This document shows, in pieces, positions 31,382 through 32,000 of a stretch of 32,000 nucleotides of DNA. This DNA comes from Patescibacteria group bacterium. Its GTDB lineage: Bacteria > Patescibacteriota > Minisyncoccia > UBA6257 > HR35. The position numbers were made by a program, and so were the translations under genes. The number at the start of each line of letters is the position of its first letter. The stretch's first letter is position 1. Below the pieces are notes generated by a model. That model saw only the letters and a list, made by a program, of their open reading frames with translations. It had not been told where the DNA came from and searched no databases. The stretch covers positions 1,080-33,079 of the forward strand of contig JAUQQN010000005.1 of NCBI GenBank assembly GCA_030549845.1. Reading direction: 5' to 3'.

Positions 31382-32000
31382 ATGAATATGAAAGACAAAA
31401 AAACAAATCAAATACTACCACTTACAGAATTTGGAACTAAAAATATAATTAAAAAAGCATCTATGCTAGCGAACGAGTTACAAAAAATAATAGAAAAACA
31501 AAAAATATATGTTATGATAGAGGGGAAGAAATTTATAACTGTAGAGGGGTGGAATACGCTTGGGGCCATGCTTGGTGTCTTCCCCGAGGTAACGAATACA
31601 GAGAAAAAAGTTGAAGAAGTCAATTTATTTTTAGTAAAAAGAACTAAAAAAAATGGGGATGTTGAAAAAATAATAACAGAAAATCCACTCTCTACCGATG
31701 AGGTAATAGATAAAATAGTCAAAAGAAAAATAACATACGAGGCTGAAGTTAGATTAAAAACTCTGGGCGGTGTGGAAATATCGAGGGCTAGGGCTATTTG
31801 TTCCAGTAGCGAGCGGGGTAAAGAAGATAAGCCAGAATTCATTTTAATGTCAATGGCCCAAACAAGAGCCACGGGTAAAGCTTTCAGACTTGCATTTTCT
31901 TGGATAGTAAAAATGGCTGGGTTTGAACCAACTCCAGCAGAAGAAGCAGAAGAATTTAATAATGAAGAAAAAAATAATCAACAAAAATTAACACTCCTAA
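31382..32000 (+). CDS. Red-beta/RecT-superfamily single-strand annealing protein candidate (3' partial, runs off the window)
   Basis: I translated the frame myself and it stays open from the ATG at 31382 to the window end. FITVEGWNTLGAMLGV and MSMAQTRATGKAFRLAFSWIVKMAGFEPTPAEEAEE resemble lambda Bet VGVDGWSRII and ..MIQCARLAFGFAGIYDKDEAE. This ORF is missing from the ORF track. Confidence 0.45.
   Translation, partial: MNMKDKKTNQILPLTEFGTKNIIKKASMLANELQKIIEKQKIYVMIEGKKFITVEGWNTLGAMLGVFPEVTNTEKKVEEVNLFLVKRTKKNGDVEKIITENPLSTDEVIDKIVKRKITYEAEVRLKTLGGVEISRARAICSSSERGKEDKPEFILMSMAQTRATGKAFRLAFSWIVKMAGFEPTPAEEAEEFNNEEKNNQQKLTLL

Noticed and set aside
31408-31872. 154-aa minus-strand ORF
   Set aside because: It is antisense to a + frame that is open for 206 codons and has recognisable annealase-like motifs. 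Its product is a low-complexity Ser/Phe/Ile/Leu string.
1-32000. Looked for integrase, transposase, cas genes, reverse transcriptase (DGR/retron), toxin-antitoxin pairs, tRNA or rRNA genes inside the window
   Set aside because: No ORF showed the corresponding signature motifs, and no internal tRNA-like cloverleaf sequence was spotted by eye. The absence cannot be proven without search tools.

Overview
This AT-rich window reads as most of a tailed, podovirus-like phage or prophage of a peptidoglycan-bearing bacterium. No integrase, transposase or cas gene is visible. The layout is as follows. (1) A left arm of small + strand early genes (230-2720) includes a membrane-anchored Rpf-like transglycosylase and an Hjc-like resolvase. 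(2) A two-gene minus operon (4037-2766) encodes a Cas4/RecB-like PD-(D/E)XK nuclease and a trypsin-like serine protease. (3) A DUF5659 gene lies at 4134-4400 on the + strand. (4) A roughly 24-kb tightly packed minus-strand late operon (28286 down to 4426) follows. In order it encodes terS, terL, portal, scaffold and an N4-gp56-type major capsid protein. Next come two paralogous fibre-like proteins, a DUF2341/LamG protein, a LysM protein and a 1096-aa membrane-spanning protein. These are followed by a PurD-like ATP-grasp protein and a 931-aa fibre with a discoidin domain. The operon ends with a KhpA-like KH protein, an M23 lysin, a holin-like protein and a 43-aa hyper-acidic ORF. (5) An orphan three-repeat CRISPR mini-array lies at 28465-28630 on the + strand. 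(6) A 2.4-kb three-gene cassette (28799-31177) is bounded by 79-bp inverted repeats that are promoter modules. (7) A partial Red-beta/RecT-like annealase gene runs off the right edge. Four signals stand out. The first is the phage-borne mini-array. The second is a DnaA-box 9-mer (TTATCCACA) that recurs: as a tandem triplet, exactly 10 bp upstream of three near-consensus promoters, and as inverted half-sites. The third is a recurrent stem-loop / A-rich spacer / ATG architecture in front of at least 11 genes. The fourth is a PurD-like ATP-grasp gene translationally coupled inside the virion module. All family calls come from motif recognition by eye, with no database search.
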